Assembly: GCA_016213135.1 (NCBI GenBank)
Contig: JACRBQ010000036.1
Span: forward strand, 25,010-89,009
Length of the DNA: 64,000 nucleotides
Source of the DNA: Chloroflexota bacterium
Lineage (GTDB): Bacteria > Chloroflexota > Anaerolineae > Anaerolineales > VGOW01
Direction of reading: 5' to 3'
Within the stretch, counting starts at the first letter, position 1; each line of letters starts with the position of its first letter. Made by a program: the position numbers and the translations under genes. This document shows, piece after piece, positions 35,601 to 43,709 of the stretch. Under the pieces are notes generated by a model. It searched no databases and was not told the origin of the DNA. It saw nothing but the letters and a program-made list of their open reading frames with translations.

Positions 35601-36140
35601 ATGGAGATGGTCAAACACAATGTCCAGGAATTGATCTTCGCCGCGCGCAGCGCCTATGTTGAGGCGCGCGACACTATGGCTGAATTGCGCGCCGGCAAAG
35701 GCGAGCGGGGGTTGGCCGAGATGACGGCGGAATGCGTCGCACACGTTAGGGGCGTGTCCGTAGCCCTGATGATTGAGTCAACGTGGGATGAAGAAGCCCT
35801 CCCCGCCTTGTCTCGGCTGCAACTGCTGCACATCATCCAAGAGGCGCTCACCAACGTTCGCAGGCATGCCGCCGCCAATCACGTCAGCGTTCATCTGATG
35901 GTCGAAACAGGTCATGCTCACATTCGCGTTGAAGATGATGGGTGCGGTTTCTGTTTGTCCCGCTTCTTACCTGAATTGCTCGATCCAGTTTACTACCCTC
36001 GCAGCGAATTTCATCGTGGACTATCTGCCATGCGCCGCCGCGCCCGCGCGGTCGGCGGAACGTTTCGGATCGAATCGTCGCCGGGCCGAGGCACACGTGT
36101 CATCGTGTGGATACCTATGAACCAAAGCGAGGCCGTTTGA
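35601..36140 (+). CDS. Truncated/mini histidine kinase (degenerate DHp + HATPase_c only)
   Basis: LHIIQEALTNVRRHA, VEDDGCGF, GLSAMRRRARAVGG. No sensor or TM region, and no canonical H-box. Confidence 0.55.
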   Translation: MEMVKHNVQELIFAARSAYVEARDTMAELRAGKGERGLAEMTAECVAHVRGVSVALMIESTWDEEALPALSRLQLLHIIQEALTNVRRHAAANHVSVHLMVETGHAHIRVEDDGCGFCLSRFLPELLDPVYYPRSEFHRGLSAMRRRARAVGGTFRIESSPGRGTRVIVWIPMNQSEAV

Positions 36141-36192
36141 ACATCATAACGAATATCTTAACTCTCAACACGGCGATTGCTATTTTCGACGA

Positions 36193-36221
36193 GGTGCAGA
36201 GTCCGCTCTGCGCCTTTTTTT
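36193..36221 (+). terminator. Rho-independent terminator
   Basis: GGTGCAGAG-TCCG-CTCTGCGCC (9 bp including one G-U pair) followed by TTTTTTT. Confidence 0.75.
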
Positions 36222-36325
36222 GTCCCTGCCGCCGGAAAAAAAGGAAGTAAGACTTTATGGCCTGACTGCGTCTATAAGGGTGACGGGGCATCCCAATTCA
36301 ACATCAGTTTTCAAAACAAGGAGAA

Positions 36326-36787
36326 ATGACAATGAACATTATCGGCGCAATTGTAGCAGGGCTGGCGGGCACACTCGTCATGAGCATGGTGATGATGATG
36401 GCTCCTATGATGGGTATGCCCAAGATGGACATCGTGGGCATGCTCGGCTCGATGTTTAACAAAGACGGCAACACCGGTCTCGGCTGGGTGATGCATCTGA
36501 TGAACGGCGTGATCTTCGCCATCATCTACGCCGCGTTATGGGCCTTCGGGATCGGCTCGGCGACCTGGGTGAACGGCCTCGTCTTCGGCGCCGTCCACTG
36601 GTTGGCCGCCGGGCTGATGATGGGCGGCGTGCCTATGATGCACGCCGGAGTCAAGGCCGGAACGGTGAAAGCGCCCGGCTTGTACATGACCGCCGACGGC
36701 GGGATGATGTCGTTTGTCGGTGGGCTGATGGGGCACGCCGTTTACGGGCTGGTTGTCGCGCTGGTGTACGGGGCCTTCCCCCGCTAA
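36326..36787 (+). CDS. Met-rich integral membrane protein, function unknown
   Basis: MSMVMMMAPMMGMPKMD and GLMMGGVPMMHAG. Four TM-like segments. Confidence 0.5.
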   Translation: MTMNIIGAIVAGLAGTLVMSMVMMMAPMMGMPKMDIVGMLGSMFNKDGNTGLGWVMHLMNGVIFAIIYAALWAFGIGSATWVNGLVFGAVHWLAAGLMMGGVPMMHAGVKAGTVKAPGLYMTADGGMMSFVGGLMGHAVYGLVVALVYGAFPR

Positions 36788-36869
36788 CCCACGCCCACGG
36801 CCAGCCTGTCTTGCCAGGCCGGGGTGTCCTCCCGCCCGGCCTGGCCTTCTCAAGAAAGGTGCGCTTCTC

Positions 36870-36998
36870 ATGATTGAGAAGGTCTATTCAAAAGCCGGCC
36901 GCTCCTGCCGAGTGACCTTTGAACTTCCGCCTGAAGTAATATGCGAGACAGCCTGCCTCTGCGGCGAATTCAATGAACAGAAACAAGGTTTTCAATGA
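36870..36998 (+). pseudogene. Truncated CBM48/E-set-like gene remnant
   Basis: MIEKVYSKAGRSCRVTFELPPEVICETACLCGEFNE parallels MIKKIYSETEPSWLVTFELPPEVNAQTACLCGEFDEW (57335 gene) but stops after 42 aa. Its stop overlaps the next ATG. Confidence 0.5.
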
Positions 36999-37867
36999 AT
37001 TGGACAGCCTACTGGTTTATGTTTCCGGTTGCCCTCGGCATCGCCATCCTGGCCAATGCCACCGGCATCGAAGGGGCAACGTTCTTCTCGCCGGTCTTTA
37101 TCCTGATTCTGCGGCTCGACCCGCGCATCGCCATCGGCACAGCGCTCATCACCGAAGTCTTCGGGTTTGGCTCAGGCGTATCGGCCTACGTGCGCCGGAA
37201 GTTGATTGATTACCGGCTCGCCGGCCAACTGCTTCTGGTAACCGTGCCGCTGGCGTTGGCCGGCGCGTACTTTGCCAGGCTGGCGCCGCCGGTCGTCCTC
37301 AAGTCTGTCTTTGGCGTCGGCCTGCTGATCATCGGCATCAACTTCCTGCGCGCGCCGTCGCCGCAAGCCGTCCGGGCGCTCGATCAATCGATCCGCGCCG
37401 ACTTTCCACAGGGCAAGGCCGAACGGCGATTGCAAGCCGCCGACGGCCAGGAGTATAGTTACACCGTCTGCAATTCGACCGAGGGCGGGATCATCTGCGG
37501 CGTGGGCGGGCTATTTATGGGATTGATCGGCTCCGGGCAGGGCGAACTCAACGGATACTTTCTTTTGCGCCGTTGCCGGGTGCCGAGCAAAGTTGCCGTC
37601 GCCACCGGGGCCCTCGTCGTCGCCGCCACTGCGCTGGCGGCCTCGCTCGGCTATTTCATCACCTTCGTCCGCACCGGCGGCGACGTGCTGGCGCAGGTGT
37701 TGAGCCTGGTCATCTACACCGTGCCGGGCGTCATCCTCGGCGGCCAATTCGGCCCGGCGCTCGCGGCCCGGTTGGACGCGCACAAAACGGAGCGCATGCT
37801 GGCAATTCTTTTCCTCCTGATTGGAGTTGTGACACTATGGACGACGCTAACTCAAATACTCGCCTGA
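36995..37867 (+). CDS. TauE/SafE-family sulfite/anion exporter
   Basis: Multi-TM protein with duplicated halves (FGFGSGVSAY, GLIGSGQGELNGYFLL). Confidence 0.75.
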   Translation: MNWTAYWFMFPVALGIAILANATGIEGATFFSPVFILILRLDPRIAIGTALITEVFGFGSGVSAYVRRKLIDYRLAGQLLLVTVPLALAGAYFARLAPPVVLKSVFGVGLLIIGINFLRAPSPQAVRALDQSIRADFPQGKAERRLQAADGQEYSYTVCNSTEGGIICGVGGLFMGLIGSGQGELNGYFLLRRCRVPSKVAVATGALVVAATALAASLGYFITFVRTGGDVLAQVLSLVIYTVPGVILGGQFGPALAARLDAHKTERMLAILFLLIGVVTLWTTLTQILA

Positions 37868-37880
37868 TTGTTTATGGCCG

Positions 37881-38582
37881 ATGAGCATTCCTGCGCTCAC
37901 CACGGCCCAAATGGCCGAAGTGGATCGGCTGATGATTGAAGAATATGGCATCCTGCTAATCCAAATGATGGAAAACGCCGGGCGCAACCTGGCCGAGCTG
38001 GCGCGGCGGATGCTGGACGGAAAATTGGCTGGCCGCAAAATTGTGGCCCTGTGTGGCGCGGGCAACAACGGTGGCGGCGGGATGGTGGCAGCCCGCCACC
38101 TGCACAACTGGGGCGCAGATGTCCAAGTAAAGCTGATTGCCGATCCTGACAAACTCACAAACGTCCCTGCGCGCCAGTGGCGAATTTTGCAAACGATGGG
38201 GATCGTCGTAGAATATACTCTCGATCTCGCCCGGGCCGATCTGATCCTCGACGCTATCATTGGGTACGGCCTGACCGGGAACCCGCGCGGCGAAGCCGCT
38301 GAATGGATCGAGCGAGCGAATAGGAGTGGCCGCCCGATCCTGGCGCTCGACGCGCCATCCGGCCTTGACACAACGAGCGGCCTCGCCGGCCAGCCGTGCA
38401 TTGGCGCGACGGCAACGTTGACATTGGCCCTACCCAAGTCTGGGCTGATCGCGCCGCAAGCCCAACCGTTCGTCGGCGATCTCTATCTGGCCGACATCGG
38501 CGTGCCGCCCGAACTGTATCGGCGGATCGGACTCGAAGTGGGAACGTTATTTGCCGAAGACACGATTATCAGGATCAATTAA
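37881..38582 (+). CDS. NAD(P)H-hydrate epimerase (YjeF N-terminal domain)
   Basis: LMENAGRNLA, CGAGNNGGGGMVAARHL, DAIIGYGL, LALDAPSGL. Confidence 0.85.
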   Translation: MSIPALTTAQMAEVDRLMIEEYGILLIQMMENAGRNLAELARRMLDGKLAGRKIVALCGAGNNGGGGMVAARHLHNWGADVQVKLIADPDKLTNVPARQWRILQTMGIVVEYTLDLARADLILDAIIGYGLTGNPRGEAAEWIERANRSGRPILALDAPSGLDTTSGLAGQPCIGATATLTLALPKSGLIAPQAQPFVGDLYLADIGVPPELYRRIGLEVGTLFAEDTIIRIN

Positions 38583-38598
38583 ATCGAAGGAGCCGTTT

Positions 38599-39792
38599 AT
38601 GGATCGCACCAAACCCGACATCATTACCGTTTACAGCACCGTGTGGTGCCCGGACTGCAAACGCGCCAAAAAGTTTTTCGGCGAACAGCGCGTGCCGTAT
38701 GTCAACATTGACATCGAGCAAGACGCCGAGGCGATGGCGTTTGTCGAAAAAGTCAACGACGGCAAACACATTATCCCAACCATCGTCTTTCCCGACGGAT
38801 CGATGCTCGTCGAACCCTCCAACGCCGAGCTGGCCGCGAAGCTGAGCTTGCAAACGAAGGCGCAGCGCCAGTTCTATGACGCCATCGTCATCGGCAGCGG
38901 CCCGGCGGGCCTCACCGCCGCGTTCTACATGGCCCGCGAAGGCATGGACACGCTGGTGATCGAAAAGGCCGGGCTGGGCGGCCAGGTCGGAGTCACGCAG
39001 AGGCTCGACAACTTTCCCGGTTTCGACCAGGGCATCCCCGGCGCAGAGTTCGCCGAGCGGTTGGGCAAGCAGGCGCGCCGCTTTGGGGTGGAAATTTTGC
39101 AGGCGCAAGCCGTCACCGACATTTCGCCCGACGGGCCCTACCTGTGCGTAACCACCGGCGACGGCGCGGTGTACGCGACCAAAGCCGCGCTGTTGGCGAC
39201 GGGCGCGCACTACCGCAAACTCGGCGTAGCGGGCGAGGATGGATTGATCGGCGTCAACATTCACTTTTGCGCGACGTGCGACGGCGCGTTTTACAAAGGC
39301 AAGAAGGTGCTGGTCGTGGGCGGCGGCAACAGCGGCTTTGAAGAAGGGTTGTTCCTGACGAAGTTCGCCTCCCAGGTGGACATCGTCGAATTCCTGCCGG
39401 AAGCGAAGGCCGGCCAAATTTTGCAGTCGGAAGTTGCCAAACATCCGAAGATGAGGGTGACTCTCAACCATGCTGTCAAGGAATTCAAAGGCAAGCACCG
39501 GCTGGACTCTATCCTCGTCGAGGATCGCGCCACCGGGGAATTGAAGGAGTGGACTTACGACGGCGTGTTTGTCTTTATCGGCCTTTCGCCGAACAGTGAG
39601 TTGGTGAAAGGCAAAGCGGAGATCGATCCCTACGGGTTCGTGATCACCGACAAAACATTGATGACTTCGGTGCCGGGTCTGTTCGCCGCCGGCGACGCCC
39701 GCGCCGGCTCCACCAAACAAGCGGCCTCTGCCGCGGGAGAGGGCGCCACGGCGGCGTTGATGATCCGGCAATATCTGAAAGAAGCCGGGTAG
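38599..39792 (+). CDS. Glutaredoxin-like domain fused to thioredoxin-reductase-type flavoprotein
   Basis: N-terminus ITVYSTVWCPDCKRAKKFF. TrxR core GSGPAGLTAA, CATCDGAFYKGKKV, GGGNSGFEEG. GAAGGAG Shine-Dalgarno before ATG 38599. Confidence 0.85.
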   Translation: MDRTKPDIITVYSTVWCPDCKRAKKFFGEQRVPYVNIDIEQDAEAMAFVEKVNDGKHIIPTIVFPDGSMLVEPSNAELAAKLSLQTKAQRQFYDAIVIGSGPAGLTAAFYMAREGMDTLVIEKAGLGGQVGVTQRLDNFPGFDQGIPGAEFAERLGKQARRFGVEILQAQAVTDISPDGPYLCVTTGDGAVYATKAALLATGAHYRKLGVAGEDGLIGVNIHFCATCDGAFYKGKKVLVVGGGNSGFEEGLFLTKFASQVDIVEFLPEAKAGQILQSEVAKHPKMRVTLNHAVKEFKGKHRLDSILVEDRATGELKEWTYDGVFVFIGLSPNSELVKGKAEIDPYGFVITDKTLMTSVPGLFAAGDARAGSTKQAASAAGEGATAALMIRQYLKEAG

Positions 39793-39800
39793 TTACTCCG

Positions 39801-40241
39801 ATGTCTTTGTTTGCGAACAGGCAGTGGCAGATCGGTTTGGGCCTCGCGGCGGCAATGTCGGCGCTCGGCGCGTTTTTAGTGGCAGTGAAGCTAATTTCGC
39901 TGGCCGTATCACTACCGCCGGTGCACGCGCCTTTGCCCGATGCCGTTCTGTTGACGGAGACAAAGCAGATCGCCTGGCCGAGCATTATCGTGACGCGGCA
40001 GTATCGCGCGCTTGCGCCCTATCGCGACGCTGTCGCCTGGTATCAGGGTAAAGACAGCCTCATGCCGTTGGCGCCCGTGCTAAAACCGGGTTGTTTCCAA
40101 CAAAGCTTTTCGCGCCGTTCGGCCATTTTGAGGCAGAACGGCAATGGCGGCGTCGAAGAGGACGTAGAGACGTGTTTCGGCGCAAACGGCGTGAGTATTA
40201 CCAGCGTCACCACAATTCATTATCCGATCTTCACGCCTTAA
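39801..40241 (+). CDS. Hypothetical membrane-anchored protein
   Basis: ORF with one N-terminal TM (IGLGLAAAMSALGAFLVAV). No recognisable domain. Confidence 0.4.
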   Translation: MSLFANRQWQIGLGLAAAMSALGAFLVAVKLISLAVSLPPVHAPLPDAVLLTETKQIAWPSIIVTRQYRALAPYRDAVAWYQGKDSLMPLAPVLKPGCFQQSFSRRSAILRQNGNGGVEEDVETCFGANGVSITSVTTIHYPIFTP

Positions 40242-40252
40242 GGGGCGCTCCG

Positions 40253-41335
40253 ATGACACTGTTCAATTTTTCCAAATGGGGCCGCAAGTCCAAGTCCGCC
40301 GATCGGCTTCGTAAATATGGCTTCAGTCCGGCCGTGCTCAACGCCTTCGACGATTTTATTGCGCGGGCGCGCGACCGCGAACTGTACCAGGCCAACCCGC
40401 GCTACTGGGCCGGGCAACTCGGGCTGGGTGAACGCGAGACGCTGTCGGTGATCGTCGCCGCGACAGTCGAAGGCTTGCTCGATCTCAACTGGCAGGTGGC
40501 GTGCCCGATATGCAAGTATCACGGGCGCGTGGCAACATCGCTGGGCGGCGTGGGCCAGTTCCATGGATGCGAGAATTGCGATCACGACTTTGAAGCGTAT
40601 CTCGACGAAGGAATCTTCGTGACCGTCACGGTGAAAGACGACCTGCGCCGCCTGTCCCCCGGTCGGCGGGATGACGCGACTTTTCGCGCGCTGGTGGATG
40701 CGCGCCACGGGCTTGTCACGGCGCTGGCGATGATCAACACCCCGGCGTTCAACGATTTGCTTGGGCATCAGATACTTCCTGAAGGCCAGTCGCTCGGCGT
40801 CAGACGACTGGCCGTCTTTTTCTCCGATCTGCGCGGCTCAACGGCCTTCTATCTCAAATTGGGCGATACCGAAGCCTATCGCCGGGTATGCGAACATTTC
40901 AAAATTCTGTTCGAGGCCGCGGCGCGGCACGACGGCGCGGCGGTGAAGACGATGGGCGACGGCGTGATGGGCGTGTTTGCGAACCCGCGCGACGCGGTGC
41001 GCGCGCTGGTCGATTCGGTGGCCGGTCTGGCCGCGCTCAATCAACGCGCCGGTTTCGCCGACGAAGATCGGCTCGCGCTCAAAATCGGCTTGCACGTCGG
41101 GCCGTGTATTCTGGTCACACTCAACGGGCGGCTCGATTATTTCGGCGAAACGGTCAACATTGCCGCTCGCTTGAGCGCGCTGGCCGAAGGGGACGACGTG
41201 ATCATGAGCCACACCCTGCTTGACGATCCGGACGCCTGCGCGCTGGTGGAGGATGCCGGGCAACTCCTGCCGCTGACGGCAAAACTGCGCGGCCTGCCGG
41301 ATGAATTTGAATTGCATCGTCTTGTCATTGCGTAA
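40253..41335 (+). CDS. Class III adenylate/guanylate cyclase with N-terminal Cys-rich domain
   Basis: CPICKYHG...CENCDHDF, then the cyclase core VFFSDLRGSTAFY, KTMGDGVMGVF, GETVNIAARL. Confidence 0.85.
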   Translation: MTLFNFSKWGRKSKSADRLRKYGFSPAVLNAFDDFIARARDRELYQANPRYWAGQLGLGERETLSVIVAATVEGLLDLNWQVACPICKYHGRVATSLGGVGQFHGCENCDHDFEAYLDEGIFVTVTVKDDLRRLSPGRRDDATFRALVDARHGLVTALAMINTPAFNDLLGHQILPEGQSLGVRRLAVFFSDLRGSTAFYLKLGDTEAYRRVCEHFKILFEAAARHDGAAVKTMGDGVMGVFANPRDAVRALVDSVAGLAALNQRAGFADEDRLALKIGLHVGPCILVTLNGRLDYFGETVNIAARLSALAEGDDVIMSHTLLDDPDACALVEDAGQLLPLTAKLRGLPDEFELHRLVIA

Positions 41336-41350
41336 TCCATTGGGAGACCT

Positions 41351-42190
41351 ATGACTCTTCAACGAATCACCGCCCTGACAATACTGGTTTTGGCGCAGGC
41401 CGCCTGCGTCAGTCCCGCTTCGCGGGGCGCCGCGCCCACGCCGGCAATCATTCGGCCGGCGTCGGACATTTTTCTCGCCGAGCCGCAGTTCACGAATTTG
41501 AATCCGGACTCGGTGACGGTCGAAGTCGAAACGCGCCAATCGGTCGTGTGCGCCGTCGTCTATGGCACAACCGGCGACTACGGACAGATCGCCACCGACA
41601 CCGACATGGCCGGCGGGGGACACAGCGCCCACCATCCCACGCTCACCGGCCTCCAACCCGACACGCTGTATTACGCGCGCTTCGAAGGCGTCGGCCCCGA
41701 CGGAACACTCTATCGCAGTGGCGAATACACCTTTCGCACGCCGCCTGCCGAAGCCGCAGCCAGCGGCGAGGCGAATCTGGCCTCGTCGCAGGCCGGAGCG
41801 CGGATCGTGGGCGTGAGCAGCAACTATGGCGGCGTGGACGACAGCGCCTACGGGGGGCGGCGCGCTATTGACGGCAGCCCCGGCACCCAGTGGTCATCGG
41901 ACGGCGACGGCGACGCGGCTTGGATCGAGATCGAATTGGCGGCGGAAACGCGCGTCGCGCGCATCGGCTTTTGGACGCGCACGATGGGCAGCAGCGCGCA
42001 GATCAATTCATTTCGGATTGTTACCGACACCGGCGAGGTTCTCGGCCCCTTCGACCTGCCCGATGCCGCAAAGATTTACTATTTCGACACGGGCTTCACG
42101 GCGCGGCGTCTGCGCTTTGAGGCGGCGACTTCCAGCGGCGGCAACACCGGCGCAGTGGAAATCGAAGTCTATGGCGAGAGTCCAAAATAA
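41351..42190 (+). CDS. Secreted protein: FN3-like domain + F5/8 type C (discoidin) domain
   Basis: Signal peptide. GLQPDTLYYARFEG (FN3-like). AIDGSPGTQWSSDGDGDAAWIEIELA...AVEIEVYG (discoidin). Confidence 0.7.
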   Translation: MTLQRITALTILVLAQAACVSPASRGAAPTPAIIRPASDIFLAEPQFTNLNPDSVTVEVETRQSVVCAVVYGTTGDYGQIATDTDMAGGGHSAHHPTLTGLQPDTLYYARFEGVGPDGTLYRSGEYTFRTPPAEAAASGEANLASSQAGARIVGVSSNYGGVDDSAYGGRRAIDGSPGTQWSSDGDGDAAWIEIELAAETRVARIGFWTRTMGSSAQINSFRIVTDTGEVLGPFDLPDAAKIYYFDTGFTARRLRFEAATSSGGNTGAVEIEVYGESPK

Positions 42191-42193
42191 CCC

Positions 42194-42964
42194 ATGACAA
42201 CCCACCTGATCAACACCGAGGCTCTCGAGCGCAGTTACAACACAGTCCGCCAAAAATGGGACCCGCACTTTGAATGGGTCGTCAACGAGTCCGCGCCGTG
42301 GGCGCCGCTTGAGCGGCCTCTCGCGCAAACCGCGCTGGCCCTCGTCGGCACGTGCGGCGCATATCGGCGCGGCGCAGACTGCCCCTTCGACGCGGCGAAT
42401 TATTACGGCGATCCATCTTTCAAGGAAATTCCGCGCGACACTGAGCCGGGCGCGCTGGAATTTGCCCACACGCATTACGACCACGCGCACGTCGCGCAAG
42501 ACCCGAATGTCGGTTTCCCTCTCGGCCTGTTGCGCATTTTGGAAGCCGAAGGCGTCATCGGACGGTTGGTGGATCCGGCGATCAGCTTCAGCGGCTTCCT
42601 ACCGCAGACGCGGCAGTTGCTGACGGACACCGCCCCCGCCGCCGCCAAGCGGCTGCTGGAAGCGGGCGCCCAGTCGGCGCTGCTTGTGCCGTGTTGACCG
42701 ATCTGCCAGCAGTCCGTGGGACTGATTGCGCGTGTTTTAGAAGAGGCCGGGATCGCGACCGTGTGCATTGTGATGCGCCGCGAAGTGGCGCAGAACGTCA
42801 AGCCGCCGCGCACGCTCTTCGTCAAGTTTCCGATGGGCGCGCCGCTCGGCCCGGCGGGTGAGGCCGAGACGCAGCGCGGCGTGATTCTGGAAGCCCTGTC
42901 GGCGCTGGCGAGCGCAACCGAGCCGGGGACGATTGTGGACTCGGCGCGAGCATGGAAACGCTAA
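42194..42964 (+). CDS. Small GrdB-family (glycine/sarcosine/betaine/D-proline reductase selenoprotein B-like) selenoprotein; in-frame UGA at 42695-42697
   Basis: Track ORFs 42194-42697 and 42716-42964 share a frame. HTHYDHAHVAQDPNVGFPLGLLRILEAEGVIGRL and ALLVPC-U-PICQQSVGLIARVLEEAGIATV parallel the GrdB blocks around its ST-U-GTC selenocysteine. Confidence 0.75.
42710..42724 (+). promoter_or_regulatory. Candidate bacterial SECIS stem-loop
   Basis: CAGUCC-GUG-GGACUG (6 bp, or 5 bp with loop CGUGG) starting 15 nt after the U of UGA. Confidence 0.45.
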
Positions 42965-42991
42965 ATGCGGCGGGTCGGGTGTTGTGGGTCG

Positions 42992-43698
42992 CTACCCAAA
43001 CGCCGCGCGAAATTCCCGCACGGCTTTAGCGCCGTTGCGTTCCAGCCCCTTGTAAAACGCAGTTTGGTCCTGAATGCGAAAGTCAAGCCGCTCGACCCGA
43101 AACGGGGTGAGGCGTTCGCCGGAGCGCCGGCGCTCGCTGACGTCCAGGAAATACTCAAGGGCATTCTGAATACTGCGCGTATCTGTCCAGTCGGCCTTGT
43201 AGACCGGTACGCCTGACTGCGCGAAAATCCAACTCATGTTGGGCATGGAACCATACGCCCGGTGACACGCGCCGTCCAGTGCGTCTACCAGAATCGGGCG
43301 CATGACGCCCAGCACCTCGCGCAAGTCACGCGCGTGCCGGAACTTCTGCTCCATCGAAGTCAGACGCGGGTAGTTCTCGCCCGGGTGGGCTTCGTGAGTA
43401 TACAGAAAGATTGAGCCGACGCCCTCCGATGCGAATTGCCCGGCCGTGGCGTCCATGGATGGCGCCGCCACGCTTGCGCGCAATACGGTCAAGTGAAACT
43501 GCCAAACTCGACAATCAAGTACCGGTGGCGCAACCAGATTTCACTCAGCCGGGTCTCTTCACCATTCAAATGCCGCAAAGGGAAGTCGGGCGCGGGCTGG
43601 CCGAGCGGCGGGCCGGCCTCAAAACGCATCCACGGCTCAAACTTGGCCGGGACGAATTCGTCGTAGTTATATCGGGAAAGAAGATCGTCGTGGGTCAT
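42992..43698 (-). pseudogene. Second iodothyronine-deiodinase-family selenoprotein gene; UGA at 43489-43491, frameshifted just after the UPYC motif
   Basis: The N-terminal part ends LIVEFGSFT-U-PYC. Homology to the 9772 gene (AAPSMDA...IFLYTHEAHPGE) resumes in another frame: 11 nt lie between TGC and GCGGCGCCATCC here versus 6 nt in the intact copy. Confidence 0.7.
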
Positions 43699-43709
43699 TT
43701 GTTTTCCAG

